62,595 bases of DNA from Candidatus Culexarchaeum nevadense (lineage in GTDB: Archaea > Thermoproteota > Methanomethylicia > Culexarchaeales > Culexarchaeaceae): the NCBI GenBank assembly GCA_025060975.1, contig JANZKA010000004.1, positions 1 to 62,595 of the forward strand. The letters are read 5' to 3'. Under the pieces are notes generated by a model, which was not told the DNA's origin, searched no databases, and worked only from the letters and a program-made list of their open reading frames with translations. Positions 48,806 through 58,577 of the stretch are shown in pieces. Position numbers and translations under genes: made by a program. Numbering within the stretch: position 1 is the stretch's first letter; every line of letters starts with the position of its first letter.

Positions 48806-49982
48806 TGAATTTGGCTATAAAGTATCCTGGAGTATCATGTTCATCAGGATAAAAACGTTGGAGCAAATTCGATCCTTGAAGCATATTTAACCCCTGTGTA
48901 CCAATATAAAGGATTTGTTTATCTAATTCTAATGGAAAATTTTCTAAAGCATGCTTCACTATAACTTCATTTTCATCAGGAGTTATGGTACATGTTGAAT
49001 ATACAAGAACACCGCCTTTTTTCAAAATTTCTACCGCGGATTTAAAGAATTGAATTTGATACTTAGCACATGCCATGATGTCTCTAACCGATTTATACTC
49101 AAATAGTTTAGGTCTTACACCTAATGCGGAACATGGTGGATCCAACAACACTTTATCAGCCTTTAAAAATGGGTAATCTATATGGAGGTACCTCGAATCT
49201 GAAAAAATCACATTTACATTTCTTACCCCTAGTCTATTAATGTTCTCTATTAATTTACTTATTTTTGATTTAGAGTTATCAAAAGCATATATTTTAGCTT
49301 TATTGAAAGTTAATTGTGCTATATGTGTTGTCTTGCCTCCTGGAGCTGCACACATGTCCACTATAACATCATGTGGTGTTGGTTCCAAAATGATGCTAGT
49401 TAGTATAGCGGGTATGTTTTGCTCGTAAATCTTACCAGAAATATATTCGTCTAAACTTCTGATGGATACACTTTGATATCTTGAGCGTACAACGTTAACT
49501 GCTAGCCCCCTTCTTTGATTGAGAATATCAAATTCACTTTGTACAGCTACCCCATTTGCTACAGGAAAACCATTTTCATCGACTATGGTAACAAAATCCG
49601 ATTTTTTAACGCCATTTGCTGATATAACTCCGGGAGCATAAAGATCCGCACCCATGTAAACACTTTCTGCAGCTTTTTTATCTGCAACAACTATTTTTCC
49701 CTGAACCTCGATTTCAAAAGGTCCTCTAACTCTAATCAGTAAAACATCATCTAATATTGGATGAATAACAGTTTCAATATTTTTCTCACATAAAGACTTG
49801 TATACTTCTTCTACGCTTGTCTTAAGGGTATTTACACGAATAGAATAGAATCTTGGAGGATGTATCAATGCACTAATGATACTACTCGTTTTGGAAAAAC
49901 CTAAAAACTTACTTAAATAAGATATAAGTTCCTCCGAAAAGCGAGTTTCTTTAGCAAGTTTACAAACATCGTAAGCCGCCAT
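48795..49982 (-). CDS. RsmB/NOP2-family RNA m5C methyltransferase with PUA domain (NSun6-like)
   Basis: PUA AESVYMGADLYAPGV, DMCAAPGGKT, DPPCS, YSTCT. Confidence 0.92.
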   Translation of the reverse strand: MAAYDVCKLAKETRFSEELISYLSKFLGFSKTSSIISALIHPPRFYSIRVNTLKTSVEEVYKSLCEKNIETVIHPILDDVLLIRVRGPFEIEVQGKIVVADKKAAESVYMGADLYAPGVISANGVKKSDFVTIVDENGFPVANGVAVQSEFDILNQRRGLAVNVVRSRYQSVSIRSLDEYISGKIYEQNIPAILTSIILEPTPHDVIVDMCAAPGGKTTHIAQLTFNKAKIYAFDNSKSKISKLIENINRLGVRNVNVIFSDSRYLHIDYPFLKADKVLLDPPCSALGVRPKLFEYKSVRDIMACAKYQIQFFKSAVEILKKGGVLVYSTCTITPDENEVIVKHALENFPLELDKQILYIGTQGLNMLQGSNLLQRFYPDEHDTPGYFIAKFIKV

Positions 49983-50016
49983 AACGTACAATAAATATAT
50001 GGGCCAATAAAATATT

Positions 50017-51429
50017 TTAAGGTGTACTTGAAAAAGTAGGGTAAAATAAAACCTTATTTTCATTTTTAATGTGAATTTCAAGTGTAAAGGGAATATTAGA
50101 AGTATGAGTAGCACATGAAAGGCATGGATCATAATTCCTTATCATTCTGGATATCGTATTATATAATTTATCTTCAGAAACACCATATTTAGAAATAACC
50201 TGCTGAGATCTAGCAATAATTTCCTTTTCAATTATTGGGGTATTTTGGACAGTAGCTACTATTAAATTTGCATATTTTATGTAGCCATAATCGTCGACTC
50301 TATAATGATGTATAAGTAATCCTCTAGGAGCTTCTATAACTCCAATGCCATCACTATTCATAGGTTTCAGATCTCTTTGTAAATAAGTATATTCCAAGAT
50401 CCTTTCACTACTTAGTATTTCAAGAATTTTATCCAGTACATACTTAATTTCTGCTATTCTAACAATGTTATAATACTCGGACATGCATATTGGTGAGGGA
50501 ACATTATATAAAAATTGTTTAGCAAAATCCTCGGAATTTTCGGAATGAAATTTACTATTTATATTGAACCTAGCAAGAGGACCCACTCTGTAATAACCGT
50601 CATTAGTAAGTTTCAAGTAGGGAGCTTTAGCATAACTCCAAGAAACCGTTTTTTCACGTATCACTTCTAGATAATCATTATGCTGGAAATAGGTTAATAA
50701 TTCACCTTTTGATGAAATGACATGAATTTCATCTGAATGATAAAGGGGGTAATCTGACTTGGAATGTAACGACACAAAATTACTTGGGAAACTTATAGAA
50801 TTTTCCAGCACTTCACTTAACTTATCCTTGATTGTTTCAACAATAGTATTAAATAGTTTTATTGATTTTGAGGCTTTATCCCTCAACTCAGTCCGTTGTG
50901 AAGGTTTAAGTGGGTTGAGGAAAAGCCCAGCCATAGTTGCAGATGGATGAATCGATGACCCGCCTAAAACCTCCAATATCTGTTGTGCAAACCCCCTAAT
51001 CTCCAAAACATCTTTAACTAATGATGGATAACTTTTAATCATACCAATAAAACCGGGATTTGGTTTAATATCGGAGAATAGTATGTCAGGAAGGTATAAT
51101 ATAAATAAGTGAAGTAAGTGACTATGCAAAAATCCTGCATAATGTAATAATTCACGTAATCTTATAACATTTTCCTGAGGAGTTAATCCGAATATCTCAT
51201 CTAATGCTTTAACCGATGCTAAATGATGAGAAGGGGAACATAAACCGCATATTCTTGGTACGATTAATGGTGCTTCCTCAATAGGTCTATTTACTAGTAG
51301 CCTTTCAAATCCCCTAAATTCTGTTACTTGGAAATATGCATTTTCAACATTTCCATCATTTAAAACTAATGTAACCTTAGCATGTCCCTCTATCCTAGTT
51401 ATTGGATGAAAAACCAGTTTTTTACTCAT
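50017..51429 (-). CDS. mvhA: [NiFe] hydrogenase large subunit, group 3c (MvhA-like)
   Basis: TRIEGHAK, L1 PRICGLC, EAPRG.LIH, L2 DPCLSCATH plus cleavable C-terminal extension. Confidence 0.92.
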   Translation of the reverse strand: MSKKLVFHPITRIEGHAKVTLVLNDGNVENAYFQVTEFRGFERLLVNRPIEEAPLIVPRICGLCSPSHHLASVKALDEIFGLTPQENVIRLRELLHYAGFLHSHLLHLFILYLPDILFSDIKPNPGFIGMIKSYPSLVKDVLEIRGFAQQILEVLGGSSIHPSATMAGLFLNPLKPSQRTELRDKASKSIKLFNTIVETIKDKLSEVLENSISFPSNFVSLHSKSDYPLYHSDEIHVISSKGELLTYFQHNDYLEVIREKTVSWSYAKAPYLKLTNDGYYRVGPLARFNINSKFHSENSEDFAKQFLYNVPSPICMSEYYNIVRIAEIKYVLDKILEILSSERILEYTYLQRDLKPMNSDGIGVIEAPRGLLIHHYRVDDYGYIKYANLIVATVQNTPIIEKEIIARSQQVISKYGVSEDKLYNTISRMIRNYDPCLSCATHTSNIPFTLEIHIKNENKVLFYPTFSSTP

Positions 51430-51437
51430 GGTATTAC

Positions 51438-52307
51438 TCACCCTCGCTTAATGAAGTTTAGCTTAGAAGATGCTAATGTAAATCGATACAGAAGACCTGT
51501 GAGGTCTTTTATTTTATCGATATCAATGTTTCTTGATTTCTCGTCAATCATTGATGAAACAGATGACAGAAACTTTACTACTGCTTCATCAATATTATAG
51601 AGATATCCCATACAACCTCTACATGGAGTATTAACCTTTATACATCTAGCATCACAACCAGTTCTAGTTATAGGTCCAAGACAGAGCACTCCCTCTTCTA
51701 AGAAGCATTTATTTGGTGTGATAGGTTCAAGAGAAAATCTTTTAATGTTTCTTATAACCTTATCTTCGCTAGTATTTAGTGGGCATTCATTGCATACACT
51801 TTTATCAGGTAGTATTAGAGGTTCACCTTTCAATAAATGCTCGAACAATTTGATGATTAAGTTTTTAGGTGGTGGGCATCCTGGGATAGCGATATCAATA
51901 TTAACAAACTCGGCAATAGATTTAACATTCTCAATCAATTTAGGCATATCGTAATTATCAAGAGAAATTTTGGGTGAATAAATATCATTTATAACGCTTT
52001 GAATATTTTGTAGGTTTAATAATCCGGGTATACCTCCATAGCAAGCACAGCTTCCCAAAGCCACAAGCACTTTACTCTTTTTGTGCCAACGCAACAGCTT
52101 ATTTATATCTTCATGAAAACGTACGTTTCCAGTTACTATCCCAACGTCAACATGATCTGGTTCTTCAAAGTCAGCTAATAATGGGGAATATATTATTTCA
52201 AAATTGTTAAAAAGATCGTCGTTAACACGCCATGCATCAAGTAATGCATTCTCACATCCACTACATCCAATCAATGGAAAGATAGCTAAAGTTAACTTAG
52301 TATTCAT
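51438..52307 (-). CDS. mvhG: [NiFe] hydrogenase small subunit (MvhG-like)
   Basis: GCSGC, GSCACYGGIP, PGCPP, VCNECP, CFLEEG.LCLGP.T..GC...C...PCRGC. Confidence 0.92.
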   Translation of the reverse strand: MNTKLTLAIFPLIGCSGCENALLDAWRVNDDLFNNFEIIYSPLLADFEEPDHVDVGIVTGNVRFHEDINKLLRWHKKSKVLVALGSCACYGGIPGLLNLQNIQSVINDIYSPKISLDNYDMPKLIENVKSIAEFVNIDIAIPGCPPPKNLIIKLFEHLLKGEPLILPDKSVCNECPLNTSEDKVIRNIKRFSLEPITPNKCFLEEGVLCLGPITRTGCDARCIKVNTPCRGCMGYLYNIDEAVVKFLSSVSSMIDEKSRNIDIDKIKDLTGLLYRFTLASSKLNFIKRG

Positions 52308-52310
52308 TGT

Positions 52311-52739
52311 TTACAACCTCACATATTTAATTTCACATGGACCAAGCTTAATTACCTTATAAATGAAATCGTCAACTATATTAGCAAACCGATTACCTTC
52401 ACCAGCAGAAGCCCAATCTATATGTAATCTATCCGGATTTATACCCATTTCCTGTAAGAATTTTTTCAAAAAATTCACTTTCATTTTAGCTTTATAGTTT
52501 CCATTTATATAATGACAGTCCCCAAGATGACACCCTACAATCAAAACACCATCCGCACCATGTTGAAATGCGTATAATATATGTATTGGGTCAACGCGTC
52601 CACTACACATAACTCTTACTATTCTCAGATTTGAAGAGTAAGTTTTCCTTAAATTGCCAGCTAAATCTGCAGCTGCATAACCACACCAATTACATAAAAA
52701 CCCAATTATTTTAGGTCTGAAAACCCCCACTTTCTGCAA
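52311..52739 (-). CDS. mvhD: MvhD [2Fe-2S] hydrogenase subunit
   Basis: GFLCNWCGYAAADLAG, RVMCSGRVD, GCHLGDCHY..GN; start may be GTG 52730. Confidence 0.95.
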   Translation of the reverse strand: MQKVGVFRPKIIGFLCNWCGYAAADLAGNLRKTYSSNLRIVRVMCSGRVDPIHILYAFQHGADGVLIVGCHLGDCHYINGNYKAKMKVNFLKKFLQEMGINPDRLHIDWASAGEGNRFANIVDDFIYKVIKLGPCEIKYVRL

Positions 52740-53277
52740 GAAGTTTCATCCCATAATTGTATCCTTCACGTAATGCTTTTAAATTTACTTCTTCAGAACC
52801 TTTTGGGACACTATCTAAAATAGCCTTCTCTAAAGCACTGTATGAGACAATACTTGTTAATGCACATAAGGCACCTAGAATAACTATATTTGCAACGATC
52901 CTCCTACCGATTGTCGTCGCTATTCTCGTGGCAGGCACCTTGTATATTCTAACATTTTTTCGAGGCAACTCCTCTATTTTTACAAGATCCTCATCTACTA
53001 TTATTATCCCGTTTTCACATACATGATCCTTGTAATAATTGTAAGCGTCTTGAGATAGAGCAATTAATACGTTATTTGAAGTTATGTATGGGTAATCAAT
53101 GTCATCATCGGATATTATTATGTCAGTTTTAGACCTACTACCTCTAGCTTCAGGTCCATAAGACTCCGTTTGAACAACATTCTTATTATCAAATATTGCC
53201 GAAGCCTTTCCGAGAATGTACCCAGCTAGAAGAATTCCTTGTCCTCCAAGCCCAGAGATACGTACCTCCCACCTCAT
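52711..53277 (-). CDS. korC: 2-oxoglutarate-type 2-oxoacid:ferredoxin oxidoreductase gamma subunit
   Basis: GLGGQGILLAG, SYGPEARG, ANIVILG. Confidence 0.9.
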   Translation of the reverse strand: MRWEVRISGLGGQGILLAGYILGKASAIFDNKNVVQTESYGPEARGSRSKTDIIISDDDIDYPYITSNNVLIALSQDAYNYYKDHVCENGIIIVDEDLVKIEELPRKNVRIYKVPATRIATTIGRRIVANIVILGALCALTSIVSYSALEKAILDSVPKGSEEVNLKALREGYNYGMKLLAESGGFQT

Positions 53278-53283
53278 GAACAG

Positions 53284-54156
53284 TTAACCTCCGGAAACTA
53301 TTGATTTAAGTTCAAGACCACTTTGCTCTTTAATAATTCTATAAAGTTCTTTAACGAGCTCTGGCCTATCTCTATCTATGAACTCTCCAACTATTATTTT
53401 TTTGTCTTTGTCTATATCGACTAATGCGGGATCTATCCCATTTTTAATCACACTATTTTGAAGCAAATATTTTAAAACTTCCGATGGTCCTCCAAGCCTA
53501 TTATATCTTGCATACAAGGTAATACATGGAGCAATTACTTCAATAAAGGAGAAACCTGATTTCTGAAGAGCCTTCTTTATAGTTTTTATTAGAGCAAATG
53601 GTTGGGCAATAGTCCATCTAGCAACAAAAACTGCACCAGCAGCGGTAGCAAGGTAGGGCAAGTTAAATGGATGCTCAATATTACCATATGGTGTAGTTGT
53701 TGTTACCGATTGAAAGGGAGTGGTGGGACCAACCTGTCCTCCGGTCATACCATAGTTGAAATTATTTACGCATATCACAAGCAAATCCACGTTTCTTCTC
53801 GCTGCATGTATAAAATGATTTCCACCAATAGCGAATAAATCACCATCCCCACTAATAACTACAACCTTTAGATTAGGTTTAACTATTTTCACTCCCATAG
53901 CAATAGGTATAGCGCGTCCATGTGTGGTGTGAAAAGAATCAAGTGCAACATAGTTAGCTATCCTCCCAGTACAACCTATACCTGAAACGACAACAACGTT
54001 GTTTAAATCAATATTAGATTCAATTAGTGCCCTTAAGTAACAGTTCAGAACAATTCCTATGCCACAACCGGGACACCATATATGTGGCATCCGCTCTGAT
54101 AATATGAGATTATCCAATGGATGAGTCTCCTCATGATCTTCAAAATTCATCTTCAT
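53284..54156 (-). CDS. korB: 2-oxoglutarate-type 2-oxoacid:ferredoxin oxidoreductase beta subunit
   Basis: WCPGCG, SGIGC, HTTHGRA, GDGD...IGGNH, YGMTGGQ. Confidence 0.92.
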   Translation of the reverse strand: MKMNFEDHEETHPLDNLILSERMPHIWCPGCGIGIVLNCYLRALIESNIDLNNVVVVSGIGCTGRIANYVALDSFHTTHGRAIPIAMGVKIVKPNLKVVVISGDGDLFAIGGNHFIHAARRNVDLLVICVNNFNYGMTGGQVGPTTPFQSVTTTTPYGNIEHPFNLPYLATAAGAVFVARWTIAQPFALIKTIKKALQKSGFSFIEVIAPCITLYARYNRLGGPSEVLKYLLQNSVIKNGIDPALVDIDKDKKIIVGEFIDRDRPELVKELYRIIKEQSGLELKSIVSGG

Positions 54157-55288
54157 TCACCTCATATATCAAATTCAATATTTCATTGGGTGTGTGGGGA
54201 TCCCCTCCCATTTTGGGAAGGAAGAAAACGGGTTTACCTTGAACGCATCTTTCAACCTCTCTAACTATTTGACCATAATTCATCTCAACTACAATGAAAG
54301 CTTTGGCATGCTTTGCATACTCGAGGAATTTTCGTTGGGGAAAAGGCCATAGTGTTATCAATCTACATAAACCAACTTTTAACCCTTTCTCTCTAGCAAT
54401 ACGTACAGCTCTTAGAGAAGATCTAGCTGGCGCACCATAAGCTACTACGATAATTTCAGCGTCTTCCATGAATCTTTCATCAATTTTTATGATTTTCTCA
54501 GAGTTTAATCGTATCTTATCACATAACCTCTTAACCAATTTCCAATGAACCCCAGGATCGACTGACGAAGGAAATCCACTAAAGTCGTGAGTTAAACCAG
54601 TAACATGTATTTTAAACCCCTCACCAAAACAAGCCATCGGAGGAACTAAATCTTCATCTGGCTTAAAAGGTAAAAAAGACTCTTTTGATAAGGGTTTTTT
54701 GCGATTAACTATTTCAACTTCTTCTGGCAACTTAATAACAACTTTTTCTCTCATATGACCCACGATTTCATCTGCTAGGAGAACAACAGGAGTTCTGAAT
54801 TTTTCAGCTAAGTTAAATGCTTCAATGGTTAAATCAAACATTTCTTGAACAGAAAATGGAGATAAAGCTATTATTTCATAATCGCCATGACTACCCCATT
54901 TAGCTTGCATTACATCTCCTTGACTCGCACGTGTGGGTTGACCTGTACTTGGTCCGCCGCGCATCACGTTAACTATCACTATCGGCGTTTCAGTCATGAA
55001 GGCTAATCCTATGTTTTCCATGAATAAACTCATGCCAGGACCACTTGTAGCAGTCATTGCTTTAGCTCCAGCGTAAGATGCCCCTATTATTAATGCTATA
55101 GAAGAAAGTTCATCTTCCATTTGTATGAATACACCACCTACCTGTGGAAGTCTAATAGCAAGTCTCTCAGCAATTTCAGTAGATGGAGTTATTGGATAAC
55201 CAGCAAAAACTCTACAACCAGCAACTATAGCTCCCTCAGCACAAGCTTCATCACCTTGCATAAAGAAAGGTCCGTGTAAAAATCGCAT
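54140..55288 (-). CDS. korA: 2-oxoglutarate-type 2-oxoacid:ferredoxin oxidoreductase alpha subunit
   Basis: AGYPITPSTE, QMEDE, TSGPG, RGGPSTG.PT, EMNYGQ. Confidence 0.92.
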   Translation of the reverse strand: MRFLHGPFFMQGDEACAEGAIVAGCRVFAGYPITPSTEIAERLAIRLPQVGGVFIQMEDELSSIALIIGASYAGAKAMTATSGPGMSLFMENIGLAFMTETPIVIVNVMRGGPSTGQPTRASQGDVMQAKWGSHGDYEIIALSPFSVQEMFDLTIEAFNLAEKFRTPVVLLADEIVGHMREKVVIKLPEEVEIVNRKKPLSKESFLPFKPDEDLVPPMACFGEGFKIHVTGLTHDFSGFPSSVDPGVHWKLVKRLCDKIRLNSEKIIKIDERFMEDAEIIVVAYGAPARSSLRAVRIAREKGLKVGLCRLITLWPFPQRKFLEYAKHAKAFIVVEMNYGQIVREVERCVQGKPVFFLPKMGGDPHTPNEILNLIYEVNEDEF

Positions 55289-55645
55289 TAAAAGGACACC
55301 ATTAAAGTAATTTTCAAATAATTTGCTATTAAAGATTCCTATTCAATAAAGATTATAATGAAAACATCAGTTTGTATTGAAAAATAAATTACTTGAGTAA
55401 AAACTAGAAAACTTTCCATAATATTATATAAACGTAAAATTGTACAAATGAAAATGTTCTTGAGACTTTTTCTTTTTAATCCATAATGCTAAAATGACAC
55501 ATACACTTAACAGAATTTTATCAGAGTTATTGTACGTAAATGTTAATTAAAATCTTTGACAAAACCCAGAGGGATAAAGCAAGATAATCAAAAGTTTAGC
55601 TTCATTTACTTTTTAATATCATCATTAACAAACATTCATCAATAT

Positions 55646-55766
55646 TGGTGCGGGGGGTGGGATTTGAACCCACGAACCCCTTCGGGACGGGATTTCTTAC
55701 ATCTATGCCCTATTCAATTTATTGGTCTTAAGTCCCGCGCCTTTGTCCTGGCTTGGCTACCCCCGC
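55646..55766 (-). tRNA. tRNA-Leu(TAA) with 33-nt intron at 37/38 (55694-55726), CCA encoded
   Basis: GCGGGGG/CCCCCGC-A-CCA, CGGGA-CTTAAG[intron]A-TCCCG. Confidence 0.94.
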
Positions 55767-55777
55767 ATGTATATTTG

Positions 55778-55909
55778 TGGTCCCGCCGGCCGGATTTGAA
55801 CCGGCGCCCCTCCGGTTTCTACGGCTGACACACACTCATCTTTTGCTCATTAACATCATGTGTGCGCATTACGCTACAGCCGGATGCTCTACCACTGAGC
55901 TACGGCGGG
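55778..55909 (-). tRNA. tRNA-Tyr(GTA) with 57-nt intron at 37/38 (55817-55873), CCA encoded
   Basis: C1:G72 acceptor CCCGCCG/CGGCGGG-A-CCA, TCCGG-CTGTAG[intron]A-CCGGA. Confidence 0.94.
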
Positions 55910-55962
55910 ACTCTATATAATTATTTTTATATTAAGTTTTCTTTAAATTTTTTCTTTATGTT

Positions 55963-56063
55963 TGGCGGGCCCGGCGGGATTTGAACCCGCGACCCCCGAC
56001 TTAGAAGGCCGGTTCGAGCCTCATTCATGTGAGGTTGCTCTGTCCATGCTGAGCTACGGGCCC
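55963..56063 (-). tRNA. tRNA-Arg(TCT) with 23-nt intron between D and anticodon arms (56013-56035), CCA encoded
   Basis: GGGCCCG/CGGGCCC-G-CCA, CCGGC-CTTCTAA-GTCGG; insert with CCTCA/TGAGG hairpin after GAGCA. Confidence 0.92.
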
Positions 56064-56108
56064 CTTTTCACTCATTATTTTATAATAGGATACAAATTAA
56101 AATTATCG

Positions 56109-56426
56109 TTAATTATGCAATGTTTGAACCCACTTTATAAATTCTTCAATATTGTTGAATATCTTCTCTTTTTCATGTTCATATTTGCTCCCTTTTAATT
56201 TTACTTCTACTTTTTCTAATTCGAAGGTCGTTAGTATTTCATGTGGCATCTTTGAACCGAAGGCTTTTTGCCACGGAACAATCTCAAAATTCTTATTCTT
56301 TGCACATACCATACCATTTATGCACAATATATATCTCAAGTTTTTAAAGAAGAAATTTATACTCAAATGTGTCTTTTTCGCTGTGAGGTATATTTTCTGA
56401 AAATCTTCTCTTCTAAGGACGGGCAT
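56109..56426 (-). CDS. Hypothetical protein
   Basis: Co-oriented 8 nt downstream of hisS; no recognisable motif. Confidence 0.6.
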   Translation of the reverse strand: MPVLRREDFQKIYLTAKKTHLSINFFFKNLRYILCINGMVCAKNKNFEIVPWQKAFGSKMPHEILTTFELEKVEVKLKGSKYEHEKEKIFNNIEEFIKWVQTLHN

Positions 56427-56434
56427 CTCATTTA

Positions 56435-57739
56435 TTATTTAGAGGTTTTAATCATATTAATAGCTTCTTCTATACTCACTTTATATTGCTCCCCCTTATT
56501 GAGGTCTTTCAATGTTATCTTCTCCTCCTTCACTTCGGTACTACCGATTATGATGGCGTAATCAAAGTTTCTTGCATTTGCATATGATAAGGCTTTCTTC
56601 AAATCTCTTCCCATAACTTCCACTTCTACCGGTATATCAAACCCTCTTAAATTTGATGCTATCTTTATAGCATAAGGGACAAATTCTCGTGAAAGTGGAA
56701 TCACTATTGTTTTTCTATGTTTTTCTGTACGTATCTCTATTTTTTCTTCGTTTAATGCTAGTATTATTCTGTCAATTCCTGGAGCATAACCGACAGCTGG
56801 AGTTGGGGGTCCACCAAACAATTCTATTAGAGTATCATATCTCCCGCCGCCTCCTAAAGCAAGCCTATTATTTTTTGATGAAAAACATTCAAAAATTATT
56901 CCAGTGTAGTACTCTAGTCCTCTTGCAAATCCCAAATCTAAAAGTATCGGTATTTTAAGTTCAGATTTCTCTAACAAGCTAAGTATTTCTTTTAGATTTA
57001 GAAGTGCTTCCATTGCAAGTGAATATTTACATATATATTGTTCAGCACTGTCAATTATCTGATTTATATTATTTCCCTTTAAGTTTATTACTTCTCTAAT
57101 AATATTTAAGCATTCATCCGTCACATTTTCTGATTTTAACAATTGTATTGCCTCATCATATCTTGTTTTATCAAATAATCCCAGTATTCTGTTTTGAACT
57201 ATTTCTGGTACTTTTTCAGAGTTTAAAATTCCTTTTATAATCCCAACATGGTTTAATTTTATATAGTAATCTGAGAATCCCAAGCGTTTCATGAGTGTAC
57301 TTGCAATATTCAGTATTTCAACGTCTGCCTCGGGATTAGAAGACCCTATAAGTTCAAAACCTCCTTGCCAAAATTCTCTATACCTACCGTACTGAGGTTC
57401 ATCATATCTGAAGCAATTTGCTATATATCCTAGTCGAATAGGTTTCTGAAAAGAAAGCATGTGGTTTATATAAAATCTTGCAACTGAAGGGGTAATTTCT
57501 GGCCTTAATGCAACTTCTCTCCCCCCCATATCAATGAACTTATACATTCTATGCCTGAGCTCTTCTCCTGCTTTCTTTTCGAAAAGGGAAAATGCTTCTA
57601 TAGTAGGTGTCATTATTTCTTGATATCCATATAGTTTAAATATCTCCCTTATAACTGAAATTACGTACTTTAATTTTTCAACGTCTTCAGGTAGTAAATC
57701 TCGCAACCCTCTAAGAACTTTAAATCTCCTTTTACTCAT
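56435..57739 (-). CDS. hisS: Histidine-tRNA ligase
   Basis: LRPEITP, FRYDEPQYGRYREF.Q, RGLEYYTG, GGGRYD. Confidence 0.98.
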   Translation of the reverse strand: MSKRRFKVLRGLRDLLPEDVEKLKYVISVIREIFKLYGYQEIMTPTIEAFSLFEKKAGEELRHRMYKFIDMGGREVALRPEITPSVARFYINHMLSFQKPIRLGYIANCFRYDEPQYGRYREFWQGGFELIGSSNPEADVEILNIASTLMKRLGFSDYYIKLNHVGIIKGILNSEKVPEIVQNRILGLFDKTRYDEAIQLLKSENVTDECLNIIREVINLKGNNINQIIDSAEQYICKYSLAMEALLNLKEILSLLEKSELKIPILLDLGFARGLEYYTGIIFECFSSKNNRLALGGGGRYDTLIELFGGPPTPAVGYAPGIDRIILALNEEKIEIRTEKHRKTIVIPLSREFVPYAIKIASNLRGFDIPVEVEVMGRDLKKALSYANARNFDYAIIIGSTEVKEEKITLKDLNKGEQYKVSIEEAINMIKTSK

Positions 57740-58577
57740 AGTATCCACCTATAAGTACTGCAATCAAAGCTAAAAGCATATATATTAACATTCTATTTTT
57801 ACTTTTCAGAACAGACTTTACATCATATTTTCTTAATAGCGTATACGACTCATAAATCAATCCAATAACTGGGAAAACGATTATTAATAGGTAATAGAGG
57901 GAAACCCATGAATACAGGACCGGTATAAACACAATTGGTATGGATATCGTGAAGAAAACTATGGCAACGAGAATTGCGGTTCTGTTTCCATATACGCGTG
58001 CAATTGATCGTACATCCCTTTTTATATCACCTTCTACATCAGCTATTCCTTTAATCACTTCTCTTCCAGTATTTACAAGAAATGCAACTAGGGAGAAAAC
58101 ATTTAGCAAAACACTTTCCCCAGAAACAGCATAGTTTCCAAAGAGAAAGGGCACCGCCACACAAAAACTAACCATAAAGTTTCCTATTAGTCCATATTTT
58201 TTGAACCGCATATTATAGATTAGTGATATAAGTAGGGAGATTATTGCTATTACAAAGCAATATATATTTATTAAGTATGCTGAAATTATCCCAGCCCCAG
58301 TTAATAACGCACCGTAACTCCAAGCTTCTTTAATTGATACTAATCCGCTTGGTATAGGTCTATTTGGAGCATTTATGATGTCGATCTCTCTATCATAAAT
58401 GTCATTAATTATCATGGAAGCTGCAGTTAAGAAAAATCCTGATCCAAAACCACATAACAATATTTTAAAAGGAGGAAGAGATTTTAATGCTATAATTTCA
58501 CTGAAAACTACACCGAGCCCCATCATTATCGAGTTTATAGGCCTAATTATTTTAACATATGCCAACATTTTGTTCAA
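57732..58577 (-). CDS. UbiA-family prenyltransferase, probable digeranylgeranylglyceryl-phosphate synthase
   Basis: IRPIN, NDIYDREIDIINAPNRPIPSG, REVIKGIADVEGD. Confidence 0.9.
   Translation of the reverse strand: MNKMLAYVKIIRPINSIMMGLGVVFSEIIALKSLPPFKILLCGFGSGFFLTAASMIINDIYDREIDIINAPNRPIPSGLVSIKEAWSYGALLTGAGIISAYLINIYCFVIAIISLLISLIYNMRFKKYGLIGNFMVSFCVAVPFLFGNYAVSGESVLLNVFSLVAFLVNTGREVIKGIADVEGDIKRDVRSIARVYGNRTAILVAIVFFTISIPIVFIPVLYSWVSLYYLLIIVFPVIGLIYESYTLLRKYDVKSVLKSKNRMLIYMLLALIAVLIGGYYE

Noticed and set aside
48795-50132. Long start of the m5C methyltransferase overlapping mvhA
   Set aside because: The extension runs through the mvhA 3' end; ATG 49982 gives a normal-sized protein.
50017-52739. 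Possible selenocysteine recoding in the Mvh subunits
   Set aside because: All ligand positions are Cys and the frames have no internal TGA.
55289-55645. Possible korD/ferredoxin gene upstream of korA
   Set aside because: An AT-rich spacer with no CxxCxxC-coding ORF.
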